DNA from: Chthoniobacteraceae bacterium
GTDB taxonomy: Bacteria > Verrucomicrobiota > Verrucomicrobiia > Chthoniobacterales > Chthoniobacteraceae
NCBI GenBank assembly: GCA_031409335.1
Contig: JANNWY010000161.1
Location: 1-61,902, forward strand
Reading direction: 5' to 3'
DNA: 61,902 nt
In this document: in pieces, positions 1 to 8,581 of the stretch
Numbering within the stretch: the stretch's first letter is position 1
Layout: the number at the start of each line of letters is the position of its first letter
Position numbers and translations under genes: made by a program
Notes under the pieces: model-generated
What the model saw: the letters and a program-made list of their open reading frames with translations, nothing else
Told to the model about the DNA's origin: nothing
Databases searched by the model: none

Positions 1-1711
1 AGCGCACCCAAACCCCGGTCGGCGCTGCTCCGGCGAGCAGCGGAGTGGCAGCATCCTGCGACCAAAAACCGGAGCCGCCATGCACTTCCCGCGCCGGCCC
101 GAGCTGATCCCCAAATTTCAGCCGCACCACCGCGCCGATCCCCTGCGGATTGCCCGCCGCTCCCCGCAAAACAACGCGGATGCCAGGACGCGCCCCGGCG
201 TTTCGAAAGAGCCTGGTGGCTGCGCCATTCTGCGCGATCGCGAGATCGGGCCGCCGATCGCCATCGAAATCGCCCACCGCGAGGCCCCGCGCATCGCCAT
301 GGACGAGCACGCCCGACTCCTCGCCCGGCACCGGGCGCAAACCGCCTTTGCCATCGCCCAGCAGCAGGAGGCTGCGACCGGCATCGCAACGCGGCGTCTC
401 GTTCTGCGCCGCGAAAAAATTCTGCGTCATCGCCACGTCCTCCTTTCCGTCGCCATCAAAGTCCGCGACGCTCACGCCAAAGCCGGGCGCAAGCTGCGCC
501 GCGAACGGCAGCGGCCGCGCTTCGAAGCGGTCGCCGCGATTCAGGAAAAGCATGTGCTCGAGGGTGTTCGCTTCGAGCGCGCGCGCCTGCTTGAGCTTCT
601 CTCCGTACAAATCCTCGATGCTGGACTGCCCGAATTTTTTGTGCGTGAGGATCTTCGTTTTAAGAAAAGGCATCGCTGTCGAGGAGACCGAGAGGCCGCG
701 CTCAGGCACCAGCCGACCCATCTGCGCGTCGTACTGCGTCTCGATGATATCGAGCTGGTCCGGCACCTCGAACTCGCCAGAGTAAATCACCAGCGGATGT
801 CCGGGTCGCGGACGGTACTTGCTGTTGAGCCCCCAATTCGTCGCGACGATGTCCAGCCGCCCATCCCCATCGAGATCCCCCGTGGTCACGCCGTTCCACC
901 AGCCCGCATATTTCGCGAGCCCCAGCTCTTTGGTGCGCTGCGCAAAGCGGCCCTTCCTATCGTTGATGAAGACGCGCACCGGACCCCATTCGAGGGCGAC
1001 GACGAGATCGGGAAAGCCGTCGCCATTCAAGTCGCTGAAGACCGCCCCTGAAACGAGGCCAAGCTCCTTGAACAACGGCGCGCTGGCTTCATCCGCCACA
1101 AACTGCCCGCCTTCCCTCCGCAACAGACGCGAAGTGGCCGGCTCGGGATAGCGGCCCGGGATGGTTCGCCCGCCGACGAAGAGATCGAGATCGCCATCGC
1201 CGTCGATGTCCGCGAACGCGATCGGCCCCGTGCTCGAAGGCGCGCCGGGCGCGGCCCCGAATTTCTTCCCGCCTTCGCGCCCGAGTTCCCAGCCGCGCAC
1301 CGCCTCGCGCTCCACGTCTTCATCCTCGAAATTCGCGATCCCGCTGAAGATATGTACCGTCCCGCCGCTCTCGCGCCACGCGACGATGCCAGTGAAATCC
1401 GCCGGCGCGGCAAAGGCGTCCGTTTTCAAATCGCGAAAGCCGCCCTTGCCATCGTTCAGCCGGACAGCCAGCGCGCTGCCGCGTCCACTGCCAGCGATGA
1501 GATCATCGCGGCCATCGCCATTCAGATCGCACCAGGCGAGGCCAGGTCCGAATTGGCTGAGCCGGTTTGGCAGCAGAAGCTGACGTTCAAAATCGTCGAA
1601 CTCGTTTTCGTGGTGCGCGTGCGCGAGCAGGGCGGTGGCATCCTCGAAAAGCGGCGGCGGGGCAGCGGCAGCGACCGAGGCGAGGACGAGAAGGAGCAAG
1701 GTGGATTGCAT
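1..1711 (-). CDS. FG-GAP/VCBS repeat protein with C-terminal ASPIC/UnbV domain (CRTAC1-like), 3' end runs off the window
   Basis: Not in the ORF track because its stop lies outside the window. Manual translation from ATG 1711 gives signal peptide MQSTLLLLVLASVAAAA, then PPPLFEDATALLAHAHHENEFDDFERQLLLPNRLSQFGPGLAWCDLNGDGRDDL. DxDGDG repeats follow, with the ASPIC-type GNPQGIGAVVRL...AREVHGGSGFWSQD in the same frame at the window start. Confidence 0.88.
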   Translation of the reverse strand, partial: MQSTLLLLVLASVAAAAPPPLFEDATALLAHAHHENEFDDFERQLLLPNRLSQFGPGLAWCDLNGDGRDDLIAGSGRGSALAVRLNDGKGGFRDLKTDAFAAPADFTGIVAWRESGGTVHIFSGIANFEDEDVEREAVRGWELGREGGKKFGAAPGAPSSTGPIAFADIDGDGDLDLFVGGRTIPGRYPEPATSRLLRREGGQFVADEASAPLFKELGLVSGAVFSDLNGDGFPDLVVALEWGPVRVFINDRKGRFAQRTKELGLAKYAGWWNGVTTGDLDGDGRLDIVATNWGLNSKYRPRPGHPLVIYSGEFEVPDQLDIIETQYDAQMGRLVPERGLSVSSTAMPFLKTKILTHKKFGQSSIEDLYGEKLKQARALEANTLEHMLFLNRGDRFEARPLPFAAQLAPGFGVSVADFDGDGKEDVAMTQNFFAAQNETPRCDAGRSLLLLGDGKGGLRPVPGEESGVLVHGDARGLAVGDFDGDRRPDLAIAQNGAATRLFRNAGARPGIRVVLRGAAGNPQGIGAVVRLKFGDQLGPAREVHGGSGFWSQDAATPLLAGAAPTGVWVR

Positions 1712-1759
1712 GGGGATATTGAACTTTGCCTGGGTGCGACGCAGTTCCGTCATATCAAA

Positions 1760-3253
1760 TCAACTCCACGTCAGGTCCGAACGGCGCACGAAATCGAGCG
1801 CTTCACGCACACTCACGCCGCGCTCCGCAGCCGCGGCGGATTCCTGTCGGTGCCGCTGCCATTGGGCGAGTTCATTTGCCGGGGCTTCGTAAACTTTGCG
1901 CGTGGGCACCTGCTGGCCCACCAGCATCGCGAGATAGCCTTCCATTCCAAAAGCGCTGGAGGGCCGCAACAACACCCTTTCCGCCAGCGGCGTGGGACCG
2001 TTTTCCACATAGAAATCCACGATCGACTGCGCGCTGCCGAGCGTGGTCTCCGCGCGGCACATTTGCCAAAAGGGGGTATCGAGGCGGGTGTTAAATTTGT
2101 AGTGAAGTGCGATGAAGTCGCGAATCTCATCCCATGAGCCGCCGAGAAACCGATTGCACATATCGGCCATGGTTGGGGTCGATTCGAACGAACCTTCAAA
2201 GAGACAGTCCGCCAGCGTGCGGCATTGGGTGAGGATGGCGCTGATCGCCGTCGCTTCCAGCGGTTCCACAAAGCCAGCCGCGTTTCCAACCGCGAACACA
2301 TTTTCCACCCAGGCGCGCCGATAGCGGCCAGTCCGGAATTTCACCACGCGCGGCTCATTGGCGACCTTCGGGTTCTTCCGCAGCAGTTCCTCGCGCGCCG
2401 CGTCATCGGAGAGGAAGCGCGACGAATACACGTAGCCGCGATTGATCCAGTGCTCGTGCTCGATTTGCCAGCACCAGCCCGCATCCATCGTCTCGCAAGT
2501 CGTGTACGGCAGGATCGGCTCGTCGGTGCGCGGCCAGCCGCCGATCACGGCGCGGTCGCAAAACAGCGTGTGCCCGAAGGATTCAAACGGCTCTTCCAGC
2601 GCGCGACCGAGCAGTTCCGAGCGGAAGCCGGAGGCATCGATGAAAAGGTCCGCACCCAGCCGCTCGCCGGTTTCGAGCACGAGCGCCTCGACGCCCTGCG
2701 GACCACGCTCCACGCCTTTGACCGTGCCATCGAGGATGGTGGCGCCGAGGCCGAGGCACTGCGTTTCGAGATACGCCACGAGGTGCTTGTTCTCCACATG
2801 GAAAGCCACATTCCGATGCTGCATGAAATCCGGCAAGCCATCGTCACGCCGCGGAAATGCCTTTCCGCGCAGCATCAGCGCGCTCCACACCCCGAGGTTC
2901 TCGACGCCGTCGCCGACGTAAAATCCGTTGCGTTTCGGCAGGTCATTCCAGCGCAGATTAAACTGCTCCGCGAAGCTGTAGAAGAACTGCGGACGCGGAC
3001 CCCAGAGAAAGCGAATCCCGAGCTTCCAGGTCGGCTGCGCCTGCGCATAAAACGGCCCCGGATTCATCCGCAACTCGCGAAACATGATCGTCGGAAAGCC
3101 GACCGTGGTGCCTTCGCCCACGCCGATGATCCCGATGTCCGGGCTCCGCACGATCCGCACCGCAATCTGCGGGAGGCGACGCCGGAGGGTGAGCCCCGCG
3201 ATCAAGCCAGCGCTGCCGCCCCCGAGCACGACGATTTGTTTGATCATGGCCAT
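1760..3253 (-). CDS. Tryptophan halogenase-family flavin-dependent halogenase
   Basis: N-terminal IVVLGGGSAG FAD motif, IGVGEGT, TWKLGIRF (catalytic-Lys region), FIDASGF, GWCWQI (WxWxI motif), FVEPLEATAI, and FIALHYK...DTPFW. Start is 3253 or 3247. Confidence 0.9.
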   Translation of the reverse strand: MAMIKQIVVLGGGSAGLIAGLTLRRRLPQIAVRIVRSPDIGIIGVGEGTTVGFPTIMFRELRMNPGPFYAQAQPTWKLGIRFLWGPRPQFFYSFAEQFNLRWNDLPKRNGFYVGDGVENLGVWSALMLRGKAFPRRDDGLPDFMQHRNVAFHVENKHLVAYLETQCLGLGATILDGTVKGVERGPQGVEALVLETGERLGADLFIDASGFRSELLGRALEEPFESFGHTLFCDRAVIGGWPRTDEPILPYTTCETMDAGWCWQIEHEHWINRGYVYSSRFLSDDAAREELLRKNPKVANEPRVVKFRTGRYRRAWVENVFAVGNAAGFVEPLEATAISAILTQCRTLADCLFEGSFESTPTMADMCNRFLGGSWDEIRDFIALHYKFNTRLDTPFWQMCRAETTLGSAQSIVDFYVENGPTPLAERVLLRPSSAFGMEGYLAMLVGQQVPTRKVYEAPANELAQWQRHRQESAAAAERGVSVREALDFVRRSDLTWS

Positions 3254-3514
3254 GTGAAAAGGGGCTGGCCGAAGTTCAATCGGCCCGAAGCAACGCGGTC
3301 GCGCTGGCACATTTCTCCAAACTCTCCAAGCGCTGCACCGCGGGTATGTTCCAAATTCATCGCGGCTTCGTTTTCACCGTCAAGGCAGAGGCGAGAAACA
3401 TCAGAAGGGAATGGAGTTCACGGGAGTCATTGCACTTGAATTCAAGCCGCGATGATACAGCCTCAACTTTCCTTCTTCAATTGCCGACATCGCGTGTCCA
3501 TTCGATTGAAAGCC

Positions 3515-5248
3515 ATGCCTCCGCGAAGGAATCCCAAACCGTCCGTGTTTCGCTTCTCCTCCATTCTCTCATGTCTGGTGCTGCTCATCGCGACACCTTT
3601 CCCCCGCGCTCTCTTGGCCGTAAACTCCCCGACCTTTAACCGCGACATCGCGCCGATCGTCTTCGGCCAATGTGTGGTTTGCCATCATCCGGACGGGGTC
3701 GGCCCATTCAGCCTGACGAACTATCGCGAGGTAAAAAAGCGCGCGAAACTCATCGCCCGCGTCACCGCGAGCCACTACATGCCGCCCTGGCCGCCCGAGC
3801 CGGGAACTGGGCCTTTCATTGGCGAGCGCCGGCTCAACGCGGACGAGATCGGGATGATCGCACGCTGGGCGCGCGGCGACCTCGCGGAAGGTGCGCCGGC
3901 GGATTTGCCGCCGATCCCGCCGTGGCCCGTGGATTGGCAGCTTGGCAAACCCGATCTGATTGCGACCCTGCCCGCGCCCTACCCACTGCCCGCCGACGGA
4001 AAGGACGTGTATCGCAACTTCGTCTTACCGAATGTCGTCCCCGCAAATCGCTTCGTGCGTGCCGTGGAGTTGCGGCCCGGCGACACCCGCGCCATTCATC
4101 ACAGCTTTATCCTGCTCGATGAAACGGGCGACGCCAGACGGCTCGACAAGCTGGATGCGGAGCCGGGATTTCCCGGGATGATCGCGGGGCGGGGTGCTAG
4201 GATGCCCGGTGGCTTCCTGAGCTGGCAGCCGGGCCGGGGGCCGGTCGAGTCGCCGTCTGGAATGTCCTGGTTGTTGCCGCGTGGCGCCGATCTCGTGCTG
4301 CAACTGCACCTGCGCCCGACCGGCAAGCCCGAGTTCATTCAACCGAGCATCGGGCTCTATTTTACCCAGGAGCCGCCGACGCGGCCTTACCAGATTCTCC
4401 TGCTTCGCTCGACAGCCATCGACATTCCCGCCGGGGCCGGCGACTACGCGATCGAAGCAGCCTACCAGCTCCCGGTGGATGTGAGTGTGATCGGGCTGCT
4501 GCCGCACATGCACTATCTTGGCAAAACGGCGCATGGCTGGGCTGAGCTTCCCGACGGCACGCGCCGCGACCTGCTTTTGATCAAGGATTGGGACTTCAAC
4601 TGGCAGGGTGACTATCGCCACACCCAGCCAGTCGCGCTGCCACAAGGCTCGACGCTTAAAATGCGCTACACCTTTGATAACTCCACGCGCAACGTCCGCA
4701 ATCCCAACCACCCACCCAAGCGGGTGCAGTATGGGTTGCAGAGTTCCGATGAAATGGGTGAGCTCTGGTTCTGGCTCGAGACTAAAACAGAGGCCGAGCG
4801 CGCCACGCTCCAGCGCGACTACGACTTTACCTGGGCCTTGCCGGATACCATTACCCAGAGCGAGGCACTCTTGCGCCGCGACGCCAAAGACGCGGCCACC
4901 CGCACCGAGCTGGGTGCCAGCCTGGCGACCTTGGGCCGCAGCGTCGAAGCCTTGGAACAGTTGCGGCAGGCCGTGGCCGACGATCCCAATACCCAGCGCG
5001 CGTGGTTCGTGTTGGGAACGATCTTACTCAGCAAAGGCCGGATGACGGAAGCGGAGGCGGCCCTCACCCGCGCGGTGGCTTTGTCGCCCGATGACGCCGA
5101 TGCCCAAACGAACCTCGGCTCCGTGCTCGCGCATCGTGGCAAAATCGCGCCGGCCATTGCCTGCTTCGAAGCAGCAGTGCGGCTCAAGCCCGATCATCGC
5201 ACCGCGCGCGAGGGTCTCCAGAAAGCCAGGGCGCGGCTGGCAAAGTAA
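3515..5248 (+). CDS. Secreted heme c (CxxCH) + copper type II (PHM/DBH-like) monooxygenase + TPR protein
   Basis: Signal-like N-terminus, PTFNRDIAPIVFGQCVVCH...MPPW cytochrome c module, Cu ligand motifs HH (AIHHSF), LQLHL, PHMH and DEM, WDFNWQ, and C-terminal TPR repeats. Start uncertain (3452 or 3515). Confidence 0.82.
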   Translation: MPPRRNPKPSVFRFSSILSCLVLLIATPFPRALLAVNSPTFNRDIAPIVFGQCVVCHHPDGVGPFSLTNYREVKKRAKLIARVTASHYMPPWPPEPGTGPFIGERRLNADEIGMIARWARGDLAEGAPADLPPIPPWPVDWQLGKPDLIATLPAPYPLPADGKDVYRNFVLPNVVPANRFVRAVELRPGDTRAIHHSFILLDETGDARRLDKLDAEPGFPGMIAGRGARMPGGFLSWQPGRGPVESPSGMSWLLPRGADLVLQLHLRPTGKPEFIQPSIGLYFTQEPPTRPYQILLLRSTAIDIPAGAGDYAIEAAYQLPVDVSVIGLLPHMHYLGKTAHGWAELPDGTRRDLLLIKDWDFNWQGDYRHTQPVALPQGSTLKMRYTFDNSTRNVRNPNHPPKRVQYGLQSSDEMGELWFWLETKTEAERATLQRDYDFTWALPDTITQSEALLRRDAKDAATRTELGASLATLGRSVEALEQLRQAVADDPNTQRAWFVLGTILLSKGRMTEAEAALTRAVALSPDDADAQTNLGSVLAHRGKIAPAIACFEAAVRLKPDHRTAREGLQKARARLAK

Positions 5249-5257
5249 CCCGCCATC

Positions 5258-6508
5258 TTACTCCGCGGCGGGCAGGCGAAAGAGCAGGTATCCCTGCCGC
5301 CAGTAATAGCCCAGCATCGCGCGGCCAAACTCAACTGGATCTCCGCCGGACAATGCCACGTTCCGCAAACATTCCATGACCGTTCGCTTCCCATCCATCT
5401 GGGCGAACACCGCAGCGTGCCACGGATCGAGCGGAAGCGACGGTGCCGGCGGACGCTCGATCATCATGGGTCGGCCTTGCAGGGGATCCGCGGGTAAAAA
5501 GCGCGTGACGCGCGGCACCGGGACGTATTGCAGGAAGGTCTCATCGTCGAACTGGATGCGGTAAGTGGGAACATCCCGATCATCCCGGCAGGCATAAAAG
5601 AAGTGCGCGCCCGCCCGCGCGCGCAGCAGCTCGGTAGCTTCCCAAACCCGCTCTTCGGGCAGCGCTGCCATGCGTTGGCGAAGGGCGGAATCCCCCGGCA
5701 GCTTTCCAAAGGGTATCTCCGGGTGATACAGCATGCTTTCATCCCAGCCTTGGAACACCATCCCCGCCGCGCCTAACAGATCCAGGCAATCGCGAACGCT
5801 ATACGCCTTATCCCGCGGGTGGAGAAAGGTATCCACCAGCCCGCTGTCCGCATATAAGTCGGTGGCCATGCGCAGATACTGTTGGACAGGGTGGGTGGGC
5901 GCGACCACCGAGAGCGTCTGGCGCACCACTTCGACATCGGCAGGTTCCTGCCCCAGGCCCAGCAGCCGGAAAAAATCTTGCAGCATGTAAACCCCCACCC
6001 GGCCATACTTCGCGTAAACCATGATCGCGATGACTCCATCCCGGCGGAGCACCTGCCGCAGCGCGCGCAAGCCCGCCTCGGGACTCGACAGGTGGTGCAA
6101 GACGCCGTGGCAGGCGATGAAATCAAACTCCGCGCCAAGGGTAGCGACTTCTTCGATGGCACATTGGTGCAGGGTTAGATTCGCAAGCTGATGCTTCCCC
6201 TTTAAGAACTCTCCATGCGCCAGGCTCGCGGCGCTGAGATCAATGCCAGTGACCCGCGCCTTTGGGTAAAGATAGGCATAACAAGCCGCCGCCATGGTTC
6301 CGCACCCAGCCACTAGAATATCCCGGTCCTCGCGGTAGGTCTCTGTCGGCCAATACGCGAGGTGCAAAGCGCGAAAGTCCTTGAAGTTCGAGTGCGGCCC
6401 GGTCAGTGGCAGCGACGCGAGGTCATCGTGCGGCGGTGGGTAAGTCCAACGCTCGTACTGCGCAGCGACGGGATCGGGGGATGGCTCGGGAAACTGTGAT
6501 TCAGCCAT
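5258..6508 (-). CDS. Class I SAM-dependent methyltransferase
   Basis: ILVAGCGT motif I, VTGIDLS, FDFIACHGVLHHL, and N-terminal VAAQYERWTYPP. The probable start, ATG 6508, lies just after the upstream gene's stop at 6526. Confidence 0.88.
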   Translation of the reverse strand: MAESQFPEPSPDPVAAQYERWTYPPPHDDLASLPLTGPHSNFKDFRALHLAYWPTETYREDRDILVAGCGTMAAACYAYLYPKARVTGIDLSAASLAHGEFLKGKHQLANLTLHQCAIEEVATLGAEFDFIACHGVLHHLSSPEAGLRALRQVLRRDGVIAIMVYAKYGRVGVYMLQDFFRLLGLGQEPADVEVVRQTLSVVAPTHPVQQYLRMATDLYADSGLVDTFLHPRDKAYSVRDCLDLLGAAGMVFQGWDESMLYHPEIPFGKLPGDSALRQRMAALPEERVWEATELLRARAGAHFFYACRDDRDVPTYRIQFDDETFLQYVPVPRVTRFLPADPLQGRPMMIERPPAPSLPLDPWHAAVFAQMDGKRTVMECLRNVALSGGDPVEFGRAMLGYYWRQGYLLFRLPAAE

Positions 6509-6525
6509 GCGGCAAAGGGTTAGTT

Positions 6526-8505
6526 TCAGCGCTCCGCGATTTCGTAGATGCGGTTCGCCTTGACCGCTTCCACCACACTCCTCTGGCCATCGCGCCAGGT
6601 GACTTCGAGCGTCATGCCGCCAGCCGCCTTGCCAGCCGCAAAGCAAAGCTGCTGCGTGCCTCCGGAAAGATAACGTCCCCCGCAGAAAACCTCGCGCGAT
6701 TGCTCCGGCACCGCTCCGCCCCGCAGCGTCACCTTTGCCCCGATTGCCTGCCAGTTGGCACCGCGTCCTTTCAGCCGCACCGCCACGCGCGCGGCGGACC
6801 CGTTATTCCGGTAAAGAATCGCCGGTTCTTGGAACATGTTCACCACCAGATCGAGGTCGCCATCATTGTCGAGATCGGCCTCGGCGACCCCGTGCGCGAT
6901 GCCGGGAGTATCCAGTCCCCATGGCTTTCCGACCTCCTCGAAGGTGAGATCGCCGCGGTTGCGGAAGGCCACCTTCGCGGGCGCCAGCCGCTCATACAGC
7001 CTGCCCACCTCGCGCCGCTGCCGGGCAGTCAGCACGCCGAGTTGCTTCACTTGATTCGCCATGTCCGCGTCGAGGATGTCGCGCTCGTGGCCATTGGTAA
7101 TGAAGATGTCTTCATACCCATCCAGATCGATGTCCAGAAAGACTGGCTGCCACGACCATTCGCTCGCGGCCACGCCTGCAAACAGGGCGATCTCCGCCCA
7201 GCTCCGGTCACCGCGATTGAGATACAGCGTGTTGCGCATCACCTCGGGGCGATTCTCGATCTGCCCGATCGCCAGGGGCACGGGTTTCATCGTCCCCATC
7301 TGCCGCTTCCGCCGCTCGTGCGTGCGTGCGAGCATATCCACCACAAAGAAGTCGGGATGCCCGTCGCGATTGATGTCGGCGATGTCCACACCCATTGAGG
7401 TGGTGCTCATGTTCCGCATCGCCAGTCGCGGTGCCGCCTGGAAGCCGCCTTTGCCATCACCGAGCCAGAAGCGATCCGGCGTGTCGAAATCATTGCAGAC
7501 ATAAAGATCCGGCACGCCATCGCCGTTAAAATCGCGGAACGTCGCCGTCAGCCCGTAATCGCGCGGCGGCGTTTCGAGCGGTTTGCCGTCTTCATCGCGA
7601 AAGGCCCCGCCAGTCCAGGAAACCGCGGTGAATTTCCCCGAGCCATCATTCAGAAAAAGCTGATCCGGCAGGCCCAGTTCGTGGATTCCGTTGTCCTTAT
7701 CCAGCCAGAAGCGATCGCGATATTCCGGCGGAATGGTGGCGCTGCCAAAGGTGGTCGGAAACACGAGCCGCTCGATCAGGCGCTCGCGGTGATCGTAAGT
7801 CTCGCGAATCAGCACCGGCTGCCCGCCGCGCGTGCCCGTCAGCGCGATGTTCGAGTCGCGGATCGTCTCGTTGCGGTAATTCGCGACGTAAAGATCGAGC
7901 GTGCCATTTCCATCCACGTCCGCGAACGCGACGGTGTGGCTCCCGTTGTTGCCCGCGAGCCCGCTCTCCGCCGACACCTCGCGAAACTGGGCGCGTCCGT
8001 TCCCGAGGAAGGCGCGCATTCCGCCGGTCTGCGCCTTCGCATCGCCGAGCAGCGTCACCACCAAATCGAGATGCCCATCGCCATCGAGGTCCGCAAAGCA
8101 GGCTCCTTTCGCATACCACCCTTCGCTCGTGATCTTCAGCTCCGCCGCTGCCGTGATGTCCTGAAACTTCCAGCCGCCGAGATTGCGATAAAGTCGGCAA
8201 GGCTCCCCGAGACACGCGAAAAAAAGATCGCACAAACCATCGCCATCCACGTCACCGAGCGCCACGCCCGAGCCGTCAGAAATCAACATGCGCGCGAGCG
8301 ACTCGTCTTCATTCACCCGATTGGCGAAGTCGATCCCACTCTGGGCCGATGCCACGCGCGAGAACCCCGCGGCTCCCGCCCGCGCGACCGCCACCGACGC
8401 CCACCGACAGTCCTTCTCTGTGTGCCACTCCAGCGCTTCCGCAGCCAGCCATCCCGGCAAGGCGAAGGCGGAGACTGCGATGGCGAAAAAAGAACGCGGG
8501 GCCAT
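6526..8505 (-). CDS. CRTAC1-family FG-GAP repeat protein with ASPIC/UnbV domain
   Basis: Signal peptide MAPRSFFAIAVSAFALPGWLAA, repeated GDVDGDGLCDL/ADLDGDGHLDL/ADINRDGHPDF motifs, and C-terminal NWQAIGAKVTL...GGRYLSG...EVTW ASPIC domain. Confidence 0.9.
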   Translation of the reverse strand: MAPRSFFAIAVSAFALPGWLAAEALEWHTEKDCRWASVAVARAGAAGFSRVASAQSGIDFANRVNEDESLARMLISDGSGVALGDVDGDGLCDLFFACLGEPCRLYRNLGGWKFQDITAAAELKITSEGWYAKGACFADLDGDGHLDLVVTLLGDAKAQTGGMRAFLGNGRAQFREVSAESGLAGNNGSHTVAFADVDGNGTLDLYVANYRNETIRDSNIALTGTRGGQPVLIRETYDHRERLIERLVFPTTFGSATIPPEYRDRFWLDKDNGIHELGLPDQLFLNDGSGKFTAVSWTGGAFRDEDGKPLETPPRDYGLTATFRDFNGDGVPDLYVCNDFDTPDRFWLGDGKGGFQAAPRLAMRNMSTTSMGVDIADINRDGHPDFFVVDMLARTHERRKRQMGTMKPVPLAIGQIENRPEVMRNTLYLNRGDRSWAEIALFAGVAASEWSWQPVFLDIDLDGYEDIFITNGHERDILDADMANQVKQLGVLTARQRREVGRLYERLAPAKVAFRNRGDLTFEEVGKPWGLDTPGIAHGVAEADLDNDGDLDLVVNMFQEPAILYRNNGSAARVAVRLKGRGANWQAIGAKVTLRGGAVPEQSREVFCGGRYLSGGTQQLCFAAGKAAGGMTLEVTWRDGQRSVVEAVKANRIYEIAER

Positions 8506-8581
8506 GGGCGGAATGCTGGAGCGGCGGATGTTAGGCACCCTCGATCTTGCGTCAAGACCCGGCCCGCCGCAGAAATGAACG

